64,000 bases of DNA from Corallochytrium limacisporum Hawaii (Eukaryota; Protista; Pluriformea). Location: NCBI GenBank assembly GCA_002811645.1, contig PDIP01000024.1, forward strand, positions 1 through 64,000, read 5' to 3'. Made by a program: the position numbers and the translations under genes. Numbering within the stretch: the first letter of the stretch is position 1; the number at the start of each line of letters is the position of its first letter. The notes below the pieces were generated by a model. That model was not told the DNA's origin and searched no databases. It worked only from the letters and a program-made list of their open reading frames with translations. Below, piece after piece: positions 1 to 12,903 of the stretch.

Positions 1-100
1 CTCACTCACTCACTCACTCACTCACTCACTCACTGACTCGCTTTGTCACTCGCACGGACACAGTCACTTTGACTCACTCAACTCCCCTCACTCGCTCACA
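1..100 (+). repeat. (CTCA)n microsatellite, degenerating after about position 35
   Basis: ctcactcactca... perfect over 1-34, with imperfect copies to about 100. Confidence 0.85.
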
Positions 101-3100
101 CGCAGGGTGCAGAAGTGAGCGACAGGTTCATCCGCTCGTGGTTGTCGAAAAAGCCAGTGCACGCATTAGATAAAGGAATTACAGAATGCCTCGGGCCCGT
201 GTGCTGTCAGAGACTCGTGTCCAGAGATTGGCTTAGATAATGTACACAAACGGAAGCGGAAAGAACCTTTACGGTGTCAGGCAAAGGTCCTTATCACAGG
301 GTACTTACCTCCGAGGTCTTTGGTTTTTTCCGAGGTCTTTGGTCTTTTTCTACTTGGAAAAGAGCGGGAGATGACGCCCCATCGCAAAACACTTGATCAA
401 CACCCACCACACATTCTCGCGGAAGGAAAAGGATATCCCTCCCCCGATAAACCCAGGAAAATGGCAACCAGAGCAGATTGAATTGGGTTTCAACGCAGGT
501 GCATTTTGCTCCCAAGGCCCTCTGTCTGCGTTGGGTCGATCGCTCTTTTGATGATCTACCAGCGAGAAACAACAGCAGACCATGGCGAAGTAACTATTCC
601 TCCATGGTGTCATTTGCATACGCTAGCCGAGGAACCCACCCTGATCACAATCCGGAGAACCACAAGAGTGGGTTGCAGGTAATGAACAGACGTTTCACGG
701 ACGACCAGGCCTTTGGGTTTTTCGTGGGTGCAGAAGGTACCACCAATCAAGTCCCCAATGTGTGATACGTGGTACACAGCCGTAACTTTGTGCCGACCCC
801 GTGGATACTCTGGGTTTTGGGACCGGCCCCTCCGCCCCCCAACCAGCGTTGGGTGTGACCTCAGGCAAATTTGTTAACCACTCACGGCCTCTCTTATGTC
901 CCCCTTCCTTTCCCCTTCCCCCCTCCCCCCCCCTTTCGTGCCGATTTTCATTTCTTCCCTCACCACCCCAACCACCAAAAACCAAGCCCCCCCCCTTTTC
1001 CCTTCCAAGGGGAGAGCTAATCTACGTGAGGAACAAACTGGGTGAAGGGGGGGGGGGGAAGAAGGAAGGACTAGAACGAGGTTGAAACCGGTACCTTTCC
1101 GGTACCTTTACTATTCGTTTCCCTCTCTCCAAAAGGAAGCCCCGGGGGGGGGGGGTTGTCGCGGGGGCAGCAGCAGTCGCGAGGGAGCGGGCCTCCAAAT
1201 CGCTCTTTTCCCTTCTGGTTTTCTTGGATCGATCGGTTACGGTACCACTTCTTTCGATGTCTGGCGCGAAAAAAATTGCATAAAAGTAGAAACCCCTGAC
1301 ATTTTTGGTTCTTTGATTTTGTACTGGTTTCCGGTGGTCTGCGGGTTCACGACCAAGGCCAGTGCCCCTCTTCTTCTCCCCGGGGGGAGGGGGGGTGTGT
1401 GTGTTCCCTTTCCCGGGCCACGCAATGGAGCAGGTGAGTGTGCGAGAATCGGAAAGGTCAGTAGATGACCATCTCTTGGGAGAGTCGGAAGCGAGAGGAA
1501 CAGGACTGTCTAAGCATGCTCTCTTGGATGGTTGTGGTGCTAAGCCTACACGTTCTAAAAGAGGTTTTGCAGTTACTTCCTGCCTATTCAATGGAAACAT
1601 TAGTTGATGGAATTCACTAGTCCAATGTGTTGGGGTGATAACGGTTGGTTCTCCCTGAAGTTAACAGTCAGGTTAGCATGGTCCGGAAGGGGCGCTGGAA
1701 GCATTCAAATTTGGAAGGCAATAGTGTTTGCGATGGTTCATGTAAATTTGAAACAGAACACACTTAGTGGTGTTGGCGGTGACATCGCGTAGAATAAGTG
1801 ATTCCCCGTTACTACTCAACTGTAGACAGAGCCGCCTCTGTCAGATAGTCAAGGCCCTTTCTCGTACGACCTCGTCGCTTGCTCTATTTCATTGAACCCC
1901 TGCAAGAATCATATCACTTCACGAGGCGGAAACCCGTCCATGGCCCAGCGGCAAACCTCCAGCCTAAACGTTTGGATGCTTGCGATCCCGGTTAAATATA
2001 TGGGGCTCTGATTTGAAAGAAGCAGTGCGGACTGCTTCCCCTGCCCAATTCATTCTCTCGCTGACCCAGCTCGCTCACCAAAATGCATGTTGTGGTATAT
2101 TCACAGGTTCACCCGCAATTAGTTCTGCGATTCCTCCAAACGTTTATATTTTTTTTTTGCGCTCTGTCATTGCCCGTGCGGTATTCCCCAGTTCCTTTTA
2201 GTAAGATAAAAAGACGGAAAACGATAGCGTAACCATCGCACTCCGCGTCGGGACGGGTACCCTGTGATGTTTTGAACTTGGTTGCTGGTTGCTTTTGTTA
2301 CGGCTTCTGCAGAGGGAGAGTTGGGTGCGTGAGTACGCGCTCGTCCTTGGCGCGTAGTCACGGTGTTGTTCCGGAAGGCTGGTGGGAAAAAGAAAAAAAA
2401 AAAACACGAAGCAAGACGATGAGCAGCAAGGCTTTCCCTTTCCTCCCTGCCTGCTTGACATTTGTTCTCGAGGACGTTGTGGAAAGAAGTCAACGGACAA
2501 AACTCTGTCGCAGGTCGCCGACAAGGCCGGCGCTTACGATTTCCCCCCCCCCGGCGGGCCGGGGGGCCGGGGGGCCGGCGGGGCGGGCGCCAACTCCCAA
2601 TGAATTCACTGGCTGCTTGCTTGTCCCTTGTTGATGATGTCGCTTTGTTTTCGTTGCGTTGTCGACGTGACCGTGATGTTTTCTCGGTGCCCAGCAATAC
2701 ACTTAGAGAATTGACTACCAAGGCAGACTACCAAGGCAGGTGATATTTTTGCACGTGTATTGCGCTATGCATCGGTTTTGTTTGCTTTGTGTGGCGGTTG
2801 TTGCCCGAAATAGCTCCTGGTCCGGAAATAGGCAACAAGTTTACATATTGAATGTACTGAGGTTGCTGTTTTCATTGGGCGTTCGGCTGTCTTTGTGGTC
2901 GCCGCCGTTGGCGGTGGGTGTTGACCGCTGTTGCCCGTATCAACAACTACCCACCGGCGTTCGTTGTTGAGGTGAGAAAGTGAAAGGTGAAAAAGAAGGT
3001 GACACAGAGAGAGCGCTGACGGAAGTGTGCTGGTTGGGCGACGAGTGGTGTCACTGGATGGCCATCGAAAACATAGGTTGGCGGTCACCCTAAACACTTC

Positions 3101-3781
3101 TTAACGTATACTTCTTTGCGGAGTAGGGATCAGCCCGAACGGTGATGTCGCAACGCAGCGATCTAACCCAAAATCACGGGAATTTTGCTTTGTTTCTACC
3201 GTCCTGCTAAGTTGTCGCGCGCGAAATTCGTTGTAGGCAAGTCTCAATATAACCTGCCTATCTTCCGGCGGCTGTGGCTTCACACGCGGTTGTTGTCCTT
3301 TCTCTAGACATGAAAGTAACATTCAAGGCATACCCGGCAAAAGCTCGCGGGAAGGGAAAAGTAGCAGCTCGAAGAGAGTACACAGGATGACGAGACTTGG
3401 AAGAGTATGGGATTACCCAAACATGCATGCCTGCCTGGATTATAGTGCGTTCTCTTGGTAGGAAATTAATTGGTTGTAGAGGAAGACACAATGACTCGGC
3501 CTCCCATACCTTCTTCGTGTAATCTACAATCTTTACATGAACTAATACAAAGGGATGATGATGACAAGCACCAGGAGCATAACCTGAAACTACCTGAGCT
3601 GGAAGTGTGATTGAGGTCCAAACAGTAGATACCAGAACTCTCATGTGAGCCCCGAGCATCGGAGATATGAAGTGTGAAACAGCAGGAGTGGCGGCACAGG
3701 TGGTGGGAGTACAAGCACGGGACAGTTGTATGCTGTCTCAGTGTTCTATACTTGCATGCTTTTCACATGCATTACAGTATG

Positions 3782-4082
3782 ACCCAGTTGGACGCTCTCC
3801 CTCAGGCAATATACTTTGCAATTATCAGATCGGCAAGTCAGACATTTATTTCCGTTCAAAGAAAATGTCTTGGAAGACTGAGGACACACAACAATCATGC
3901 CAGCCCTCCGGCAATAAAGATCTTGCCGGGAGTACTTCCTTATAACCTAGTTGGACGCTCCGCAGTCTTGCAATTATCAGATCGGCTACCCAAGACATTT
4001 ATTTCCGTTCAAAGAGAATGTATCGGAAGGCTGAGGACACACAGCAATCATGGCGAAGCCCGTACGCCATAAAGATCATACC
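3782..4082 (+). repeat. Imperfect tandem direct duplication (2 copies, about 140-160 bp)
   Basis: Blocks agttggacgctc / ttgcaattatcagatcggc / agacatttatttccgttcaaaga / ctgaggacacaca / caatcatg / ataaagatc occur in the same order at about 3782-3927 and 3945-4082. Confidence 0.85.
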
Positions 4083-6640
4083 ATTCGAATATACCTAATC
4101 TCGAAACAAAGCCATGGATCGCAGTCAAAGGCGCCGAGAAACCTCCCAGCAGGGGTATTTTGTATTTGATCGAGAATCCGCAAGTTCCTTAACCACCTGG
4201 GAACGGGGCTTGCAGTAACTGTCTCTTGGTACACAGCAAAATGACCCACACATCAAGCAGGTTAGCACTTGGCAGGCTTAGTTCAGAATGAAATGGTTCA
4301 GGTTCACTGCAGTGTAGAATCGGGGTGCAGACTGCTAGTCGGGGAGAGTTAGCAGTATTTTTTTTCGGTTCCATAGCGATCAATTTTGGAGAAACCCTTC
4401 GAAGATTCACTCCGAACCCCTGAGGTGGTGTGGGGAGAGATTGGCGCACCATGGATCAAAGTCCAGTGTGAGCTGACCTACAGATTGCACTGGGATGAAG
4501 ACCACGAGACAAATGGCATGGTTTCTCGACCGTACAATGATAAAGAACGGTCTCACACTGCACGACGGGGCAAGTGAAGGAGACAAACACTTGCGGAGAA
4601 ACTGATCCACAGGAAGACTAAACAGATCTCCATATCTCTAGGCTCCTCTGCCATCACCCAATGTCCTGGACAACGGATGAGCAGCCCCTCCTGGGTGCGG
4701 AACTTTGGACGAAGGAGGCGAGGCGTGAAGACTGGTCATTCGCGACTCTTCGATGCTATATTTGGGTTGGGCTCGACTGTCTTTGAGAAATGGACACTGA
4801 GTCGCAGGATTCTCTGCGCCTGGGACAAGCCTCTTGAATGCGACTCAACGGACGATGACGGATGCGTGACCTATTGGCGCCACCCGGGAAGGGCCGACGG
4901 TGAGCACTCCGTACGAATGTGGCCGTCATCGACAGCCGTTGAAGAGACCAACTGACCATGCAAACAGCATTGACTGAGACGCCATCACGCGTTTTCGGGA
5001 TGTTCGCAATTGACGGGATGTGGCCAGTGTCAATACCATACTCTGCATGTACCCTGGTGCATACATCCCATTCCTACTCGAACTTGAGCTTGCAATCACA
5101 GCAACTGAGGACTTTTTCGACCCGCTCACACCCCATTGTCAGAGGCTGCTGATATCCGCCACCTCCCGGCTTCCGCCGAGTGTCCCCGGTGGCCGGACGC
5201 GCTTATAAGCGACACTGACTGGGCAAGACAGGGTTAGGGGTACGAGTAGGGCGAGAAGTCGATGATTGAAAGCTCTACACATCATTAGGTGCAAATCTTC
5301 TGACGGGAGATCGCGAACAATTCCGGTCAGCATCACCATAGTTTTTTCCCCACTAAGGTCCCTGATTAATACGCGGCTGCAAGATGGCATGCACGCAGAG
5401 ATAGAACCGATGCGGGACGAGAGCGGACCAAGGAGGAATCTGCTACAATAAGGTTGCGGTCCCAACTCTCGTGAAATTACTCAATACATTCAGTACAGGC
5501 GAGAATCCTGTGCACGTCTCTGTGGGCCAAAAAAACAAATATCATCGAGAACAATACCGTCGTACAAGGCGAAATGGAGTGAGCATATTGATTGTAAGAT
5601 TAAATAGATTCTTAATCTATTGGTCTCTCCTCTGATAATTGATGAGGTTCTCAGTTTATTATCAGGAGGTGCCGCTCAGACTGGAGGGCAAATTGTAGGG
5701 GCCTATTTAATGGGCTCCTCCCCCCGGGGGGGGGGTCGGTTTTCTTTCTCCACGGCCAGCAGCACCAAGGCGGGCCACCGCATGAACCGGGGTACCACCA
5801 GCAAGAAGCTCTTGCCATTCTCGGTACCTAAACCGAATCGTAGGAAAACGGTGTCACGGCAATGTAGGCATGCGAGCATGTGCTGCGTACGTGTGCTGGC
5901 GAACTATTTCCTGATACGTTTGACTTCCTGACGGTCCACACTCCACGGGATGTGGAGGTAGGAACAAGCGCAGTGTTCATCAGAGACATCTACAAACACC
6001 GCCAGATGGTCTCCGCCATCGCTGTAACAGGGCGCGATGCCGCGATGCAGCACTTTCGACCACGAAGGTGGCGGCAAACCGTTAGCAGAAACCCGCCCCA
6101 AATTGCTTCGAAGTAGGTGCCGTGTTTATTCCTTTGTTGCCTTTCGCGGTGGTGAGTGCTCCGGTGGCGTGAGTGTGATGCAGAGGTCTGCATGTCTTTG
6201 CGTAGCTGGGAACAGCTGGATCGCCTACGTACTGGTGGGTTCGGCAGGCATCGGTGTAACGGGTCCTTGGTTCCGTATTGACCACGAACCGCACAAATAC
6301 AGACGGGTCGCCTTTTTCAAAAATTCTCCTCTTCGGTTCCTCGTTCCTTTGTTGTGCCACCGAAATGCTAGCCCTGCCACTCTCCCGGCGGTGTCCACGG
6401 TCTCCACGTAACGATATTCAGCTCCATGTTTTTTCACTGCCCATGTTCCTGTACACGTTCAAAAAAATTTCTCCGAATGTTTCTCCTCCTCCTCCTTCGT
6501 TGTTGTGGCTTGCCCCGTTGGTTCCCCTCGTTTGCCCCGGGTTCACAACAACCTAACCCGCTAACTGACTGGCTACCACCCCCCCTAGCAAGGTTGTGTT
6601 TGGTAACCGAAGTTGCTCCCCAGACGCTCTCCCTTTCTCG

Positions 6641-6670
6641 CTCTCTCTCTCTCTCTCGCTCGCTCGCTCC
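6641..6670 (+). repeat. (CT)n/(CGCT)n microsatellite
   Basis: ctctctctctctctctcgctcgctcgct. Confidence 0.8.
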
Positions 6671-8568
6671 TTCACAGCGGGTCACTATATCGAGCAGGTG
6701 GGCACCCTAAAAGAGGAACTCGGGAGGAGATCTTCCGCCGAGTCGACTGGCCACTGTCCCTCTCCCGGAAGGTACCCCGCAAGAGGGCGGCCCTCTTCCC
6801 CCTTTTACTCTTTCTTTTCGCCACTTTCCAACCAAACCAAACACAAAGGTCCTGCATTCATCTCTAGAGTTCTTCTATCGGTGGTATCTCTATACTGAAC
6901 ATACGGGGTCCCCTTGGGCGACCCGGGCCTTTCGGGGGTTTGTATGCCACGACCGCGAGCCAAGGGGGGCGAACCGAAAAGGAAAGGAAAAAAAAAAGTG
7001 AGAAGGTTTTCCGAGGGAATGCCTGCCCAGTACTGCTCGACGTCCCGCAGCGGTGTTGTGGACCTTGACCATCACCATCGTCGTCATCATCAAACAGAAG
7101 GACCGAGTGTCATCTATCCGTCATCGTTGGGCCACGCACTTCGGTTTTTGCGCTTGCTTAAAAAACATGGTGACTGGGATGTTCCAAGCGGGCTTTCCCG
7201 GCAGTACGTGATGCACTAGAGCGTTCGTGCGATGCACGATGGTACGTGATGTAGCGTGATCCGGGTCGCCCGGAGACATTGAAGCTGTCCCCAAGAAGAA
7301 CACCCACGACCGCATTGCCCACCGTACAACCATAAGTCTGAACACCGAGCTCGTCACCCCACACATTTTGGATACGATGAACTTCTCGCTGACTCCGTGC
7401 TGTGATCGCGGAAAGGGGGGGCCAGACGTGGTTTCCGCACTCCCCCGGTGTCGAATTCGCGTCGCAGGATCATGGCGGAACTGTGTGTGTAGGTATGTGT
7501 GCGTGTATGTTTTGTGTCGCAGTCGGCCTTGTCATCTCACACACTCCGTCATCCCGTGGGTTCCGGTGAGGAGAAGCCGAGGCTACGAAGGAAGCCAGGA
7601 TCGCGAAGTCCCGGGGGACGTTTTGGATGAGTAATGATGGCCCGTAATCCAAAACCAAAAAAAGCCAAAGAGTTCCCCCCCTCCCCCTTCTTCCTTTGGG
7701 GGGAGAGTCATAGTTCTGCGCCCAGATCGAGAGGCCCGGAAATTCCCAAACCTCCCAAAAAAAAAAAATAGCCGTCAGCAAGAACACCGTGCCACCCCAA
7801 CTCACCAAAGAGGAGATCCCCCGGTCAGCGCAGCAGAGACAAAAGGGAAGGGGGGCGGCCATCGAATCCCTTGTCTCATAGTCAATGTATTGTAGTTTGG
7901 AAAGGGGGCTGGGGGGGGTTCTGCGATGGGGGCTCCGTGGCTTTTTGTTTTTCTTTTGTGTGTTCATTTCGGGCAATGAACAAAGGGCTCTCTCGCGGTC
8001 TCTCTCTCGTCCTTCTCCGGGGCCCCCCTCTCCCCGCAGAAAACCAGGCCACGAACGGGCAGGCGCAGCAATAACAAAAAAAAAGTCATCGTTTTCACCA
8101 ACCGCCTAAAAAAGAAAATTGACACAGAATCAGTACCGAACCGGAGAAGGATTTTTCCCGGGGGGGGGGGGGGGGACAGAAAGGTAGGGAAAAAATTGGA
8201 AACGGTGTAGAGAGAGAAAAAAAACAAAGCCCGGTCGGGTCCCCTAGCGTGATCCCAACCAGCAGCCCCGAAGCGGTACTTTCAGTACTGAAAAGCCGGC
8301 CGCATTCTTTAGGCCCGGTGGGTGCGGCACTTGGCCCCGGGGCGGCCCAGAAACATTGTACAACATACACAATCTTGCCACTCTTTGCTATAGTATATTA
8401 TGTACTGGAAAATTTTCCCTTCACGACCCCGGGAGGTATTTGCGAAATCAGGGCAGGGTGTAGCCGGAAAAGGAAGGAGTAGTCGTGCAGGGCAGGAAGG
8501 AACGCAGCCAAAAGGGAATAAATAGAAAGAAAAAGGAAAAAGAAAAAAAGAAAAAAAAAGGAGAAAAA

Positions 8569-8869
8569 NNNNNNNNNNNNNNNNNNNNNNNNNNNNNNNN
8601 NNNNNNNNNNNNNNNNNNNNNNNNNNNNNNNNNNNNNNNNNNNNNNNNNNNNNNNNNNNNNNNNNNNNNNNNNNNNNNNNNNNNNNNNNNNNNNNNNNNN
8701 NNNNNNNNNNNNNNNNNNNNNNNNNNNNNNNNNNNNNNNNNNNNNNNNNNNNNNNNNNNNNNNNNNNNNNNNNNNNNNNNNNNNNNNNNNNNNNNNNNNN
8801 NNNNNNNNNNNNNNNNNNNNNNNNNNNNNNNNNNNNNNNNNNNNNNNNNNNNNNNNNNNNNNNNNNNNN
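8569..8869. other. Assembly gap (N run) flanked by purine-rich low-complexity sequence
   Basis: 301 N characters. Confidence 0.99.
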
Positions 8870-9060
8870 GGAGGGGTGGGGTGGGAGGGAAGGGAGAGTA
8901 TGTGCATAAAGTTCCGGAGCCCCGCATTAAAAAACTTCACTTGTTTAAGTCCACTGGGGCCGGGCAAAGGGTAAAAGGGGGGGAGGGGGGGAGTGGGGAG
9001 GAAACAAAAAAAGTGTTTGATGGAAAAGGGAACCCCGATCCTCGGGTGCCGGGAAAGAGA

Positions 9061-9128
9061 GAAGAATTGAGAGAGAAACGGAGAGAGAAACGGAGAGAGA
9101 GAGAGAGAGAACGGAGAGAGAGAGAGAG
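9061..9128 (+). repeat. (GA)n-rich microsatellite
   Basis: gagagaaacggagagagaaacggagagagagagagaga... Confidence 0.8.
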
Positions 9129-9720
9129 GGGGGGCAGGCTTCTTGTGGTCGTGCTGCACCTCTCTGCGCGGGCTCGTGTTAAAAAGACGAAAGAAGAGGG
9201 GAAACGGGTGCTCGGTCGATGGCGGGCGTATTGTGATACCGCCGGCTTCACGTTACACACAAATGGCAACCCGGATGGGGGACTTCGGTGGAAGGGGGAA
9301 ACCCGCGGGATCCGAGTTTCGGGATCGCCTTTGGTGTGCCATCGTCTTCTGTCCCACTTGTCGCATCGCTTTCGTTCCCCATTTGTCTTTGTGACGTTGG
9401 ACCACAACATTAACGTCCCCGCTGGACATTTTTGATGTGTTTGTCAGATTATTTGTTCTTCAGCGTGGATGGACCCACGGATGATCTGCTAGGACAAAAG
9501 TCTGAAGCCCGAATCCTGAGCAGCTATTCGATGGTCCTCAGTGTGATTGGAAATCGCAGTGACCGCAGAAGCTTCGTAAAGCCCGAAGGCAAAGCGAAAA
9601 TTGAATCTTGACCAACTATAAAAACCGCGACGTCCCGAGCGAAAAGGATAGCAAAGCGTAGACAGTACAAATTGATTAGAACTAGACAGCGTGCCCAGGG
9701 TTGGAACTTAGTTTGCCGAA

Positions 9721-11676
9721 ATGCAGTTATCTATGGGTTCTCTGGCATTGGCCACTGCGGCAGGTATGCTGGCACAGATGCCGATGGTGCTGGCCCAGGC
9801 ACCAGGCGATGATTGTCTGACCCACGCAAACTGTGACGACACATCTTTCTGTAGCGCGGCCGAACCTCGCGTCTGCACAGTGTATCAAGGACAGGGAATG
9901 CCCTGCGACACGAATGCAGCGCAGTGTGGGGCCGGCTTGACATGTGAGGGGACGGAAGAAAATGGAGCACTCACCGGAAACTGCATCTGGTTGGACCCGG
10001 ACCAGACCACAGAGGAATATTTCACAAAGTTTCAGCATGGCGACACAGGACTCTGCCTTGCCCGAGACAAAACTGATAATGATAAGGCCTATCTTGACGA
10101 CTGCACATCACAGAACGCAGTTCTCATCCGCATGGAATTTGGGTCGAAGAAACTGACAGACAATGAAGACGGAAAGTGCCTGCGCTTGAGCGAGGACGAC
10201 GATTCCAGCATGTATTTTGGGGATAACTGTGACGACGCGCGGGCACGATGGACCGCCTTGCAGGGTGATGCGTTATCTCATTTCTTTGCATCAGCGTTTT
10301 TCACGGACAATGGAGCTTTCGCGGACCATTATATCCAGCAAGTTGGCACCGATGTCAAGGTTCTCCCTGTCGGCGACGCAGATAATCTGAATCCCTTGAC
10401 CTGGAGCTACGCCCCGGAACTGCCCGCCATCGATTGTGAAGTTGGCGACTGGACGGAGTGGAGCACCTGCACCACAGACTGTTCGTCCACACGGCAACGG
10501 ATTGCGCAGATTCAGCCTGAGAATGGCGGTGCAGAATGCCCGGCGCTGACAGACGAGCGCGGCTGTGACGCAGGTGAGGGCAATTGCGCTCAGGAGTGTA
10601 ACGAAGCTTGGACTGATTGGCAGGGTGACGAGTGCAACAGTGCGGAACAATGCACAGGTACGTTTGCCCGGTTCCGCACGCGCTGTGATCAGCGGGACAC
10701 GCAAAGCTGCGTGGACACCGAGTTTTGCGCCAACCTTGAGACGGAGACGGCAACCACGGACGAGAACACCGCCACGGAAACGAACACAGGAACTGAAACT
10801 GGCACTGGCACGGAAACTGGCACTGGCACGGAAACTGGCACTGGCGGCAACCCGTCAACGGACGGTGCTACCGATGCGGATGCCACGGCAGACGACGGTG
10901 GCTCCGGTGGTGGCAGCATTGCGATCGTTGCCGGCATCATTGGTGCTGTGGCAGCCCTGGCCGTAATCATCGGAATCTTCGTCTGGCGCCGACGACGGAA
11001 CTCCAAGGGAGGCGACTCTGAAGTGAGTGCTGTCTCTGGCGCCATGGAAAAGGGCCAGGGCGGTGGACTCGGAGCTGGAGCTGCCGCTGTTGGTGTTGGG
11101 GCGGTGGGAGCTGCTGGCCTCGCAGCTGCTGCTGTTCCCTCGTCGCGCCACAGTGGCGCATCAAGTGGCATGGATTCGACGGGCCGGGGTTCCGGGGCGG
11201 CCCTGCTGGCCGGAGCGGGGGTTGCTGCCAGCAGCCACGACGGCTCCAGCACCTATGATACGTACAGCGACCCTAGCTTGGGCCCCTACAGAACCTCCTC
11301 GTCGGTAACCACGTCCATGGCCACTCGAGCCCTGCCTACCATTCCTCAAACCGAGACGCAAAAACAGTTGGAGAAGGAGCATGTCTATGCCGGCGTGACG
11401 TACGCTTCGTACAGCGGCTCATCGTATCTCGAGACACCGAAGGGCTACAATCAACACCGCTCCACTACGGACATGACCGATGAGATGGGTTACATGGATA
11501 CATCTGACGCTTCGCACCCCCCTACGTCCCATACGTCCCACGAACAGAAGCATTTACCAGCTCCGGATCAATCCGCGGCCACGGACGCTACGCAGCAAAG
11601 CATGAGCACTCAGTATGCCTCCACTAACTCCAACTTCTACTCCGAGGCAGAAAGTACACGTCCTGCCCTGCCGTAG
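9721..11676 (+). CDS. Type-I membrane protein: signal peptide, Cys-rich module, ricin-B-lectin-like domain, thrombospondin type-1 (spondin-like) repeat(s), Thr/Gly/Glu stalk, TM helix, Ser/Thr/Tyr-rich tail
   Basis: 651-aa ORF. Hydrophobic N-terminus; GLCL..C and KCL..C..W lectin-like pattern; DCEVGDWTEWSTCTTDC..RQR..QPENGGAECP TSP1 signature; TM IAIVAGIIGAVAALAVIIGIFVW followed by RRRR; TATA-like ctataaaaa at about 9616. Confidence 0.85.
   Translation: MQLSMGSLALATAAGMLAQMPMVLAQAPGDDCLTHANCDDTSFCSAAEPRVCTVYQGQGMPCDTNAAQCGAGLTCEGTEENGALTGNCIWLDPDQTTEEYFTKFQHGDTGLCLARDKTDNDKAYLDDCTSQNAVLIRMEFGSKKLTDNEDGKCLRLSEDDDSSMYFGDNCDDARARWTALQGDALSHFFASAFFTDNGAFADHYIQQVGTDVKVLPVGDADNLNPLTWSYAPELPAIDCEVGDWTEWSTCTTDCSSTRQRIAQIQPENGGAECPALTDERGCDAGEGNCAQECNEAWTDWQGDECNSAEQCTGTFARFRTRCDQRDTQSCVDTEFCANLETETATTDENTATETNTGTETGTGTETGTGTETGTGGNPSTDGATDADATADDGGSGGGSIAIVAGIIGAVAALAVIIGIFVWRRRRNSKGGDSEVSAVSGAMEKGQGGGLGAGAAAVGVGAVGAAGLAAAAVPSSRHSGASSGMDSTGRGSGAALLAGAGVAASSHDGSSTYDTYSDPSLGPYRTSSSVTTSMATRALPTIPQTETQKQLEKEHVYAGVTYASYSGSSYLETPKGYNQHRSTTDMTDEMGYMDTSDASHPPTSHTSHEQKHLPAPDQSAATDATQQSMSTQYASTNSNFYSEAESTRPALP
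10783..10845 (+). repeat. 18-bp coding tandem repeat (GTGTET)
   Basis: ggcactggcacggaaact x2, plus one partial and one diverged copy. Confidence 0.85.
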
Positions 11677-12879
11677 CCCAAACATTCCATCTCATTGAAA
11701 TCATTTAATATTACATTCCATTTTCATCGTCATCGTCTTTAACGAACAGGATGGGCACGCACCCATGGTCATGGTCATGTTCCTCTTTGGGATGCCGCCT
11801 GTGTGGTGCTATTCACCAAGGAATCATATGGAGGACGTCATGCTGGGATACGCGCCATCTACTTCACACTGATCCTGACCATACTGTGTCCGTCTACGTC
11901 AAAGATACAATTGGAAGGCTTCAGACATGTCCATGTGCTTGCCTTTGGCCAGCCCATCTGTGGCAGTGAAACCGACCGTTTCGGTTTCCTGGAAATGTGA
12001 ACAACGCACACAGAAACGGCAGCAAGGAGACATATCAGATCAACAGCAACGATCCGCCGCGCAGGAAACCCCCCAATGATCCGCGGTACACCACTTTCGG
12101 TTTCGAGTCAGCGGTCTCCTGTTATCGCATTGCAGCGGGCGAAGCGCACGGACCGGCGGTTGGTCAATTGCACTCGCCATCACCGGACGTGGGGGGTTTA
12201 TGTATTTTACCGGGGCAGAGAGAAGCCGACTTCGTTCGCATGTTCGGTTCCGGTGTGGCCCGACGGGGGTTGGGGACCGAGGCCGTGCAAGGGGCCGTGC
12301 GCGAGTGTTCTTTTGGTTTCGTGCGCACACAAAGGAAAAGTCCTTGATCCCAAAGTGGCTTCCCAGGTGCCCGTGACCCTTGTCTGCCCTTTCCCGCTTC
12401 TCTCTCTCGCTCTCTCTCGCGCTCTCTCTCTCTCGCTCTCTCCCCCTCCTCCCCTGCCCTATCGCGCCCCTGTCCTAATAATTTTTCTTGCTGACGGAGC
12501 CACTTTTTTCTTTCCTCTTTTCTTGTTAACCTGGCATGGGGCAGGTTTTGCTGGGAAAATGAGAGGGCTGGCCCCCCCCCCCGGGAAAAGGGGGGCCGAT
12601 GGGGGACGGAAGGCAGGAAAGGGGGGGTCCAGGTCCCCGGGTACTCAGCTGCAGGCGGAAGGGGGGGGGGGTTTAGTGGTCCGTGGTTGCTGCAGATTGG
12701 CTGCAATCTGGAAAAAGTAGAGAGAGCCTTGAATCCGTCGTCTCCTCCCACTCGCTCGCTCTACTACTCGCTCTTCTCTCTCTCCGAAAGAAAAGGGTAG
12801 TTGGAGGGTTGTGTTAGCTCTAGTGCGTCGTGTGTTTTCGTCAGGTCTTGTCTTATGGGGCGGCGGGCGCAAGGCACTT

Positions 12880-12903
12880 GCAGCAGCAGCAGCAGCAGCA
12901 GCA
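12880..12903 (+). repeat. (CAG)n microsatellite, intergenic
   Basis: cagcagcag... about 7 units. Confidence 0.8.

Noticed and set aside
1-35. (CTCA)n as a telomeric repeat
   Set aside because: Short and degenerating; a simple microsatellite, and the window edge is arbitrary
8398-9435. Long ORFs spanning the N gap
   Set aside because: Artefacts of Ns and GA-rich low-complexity sequence
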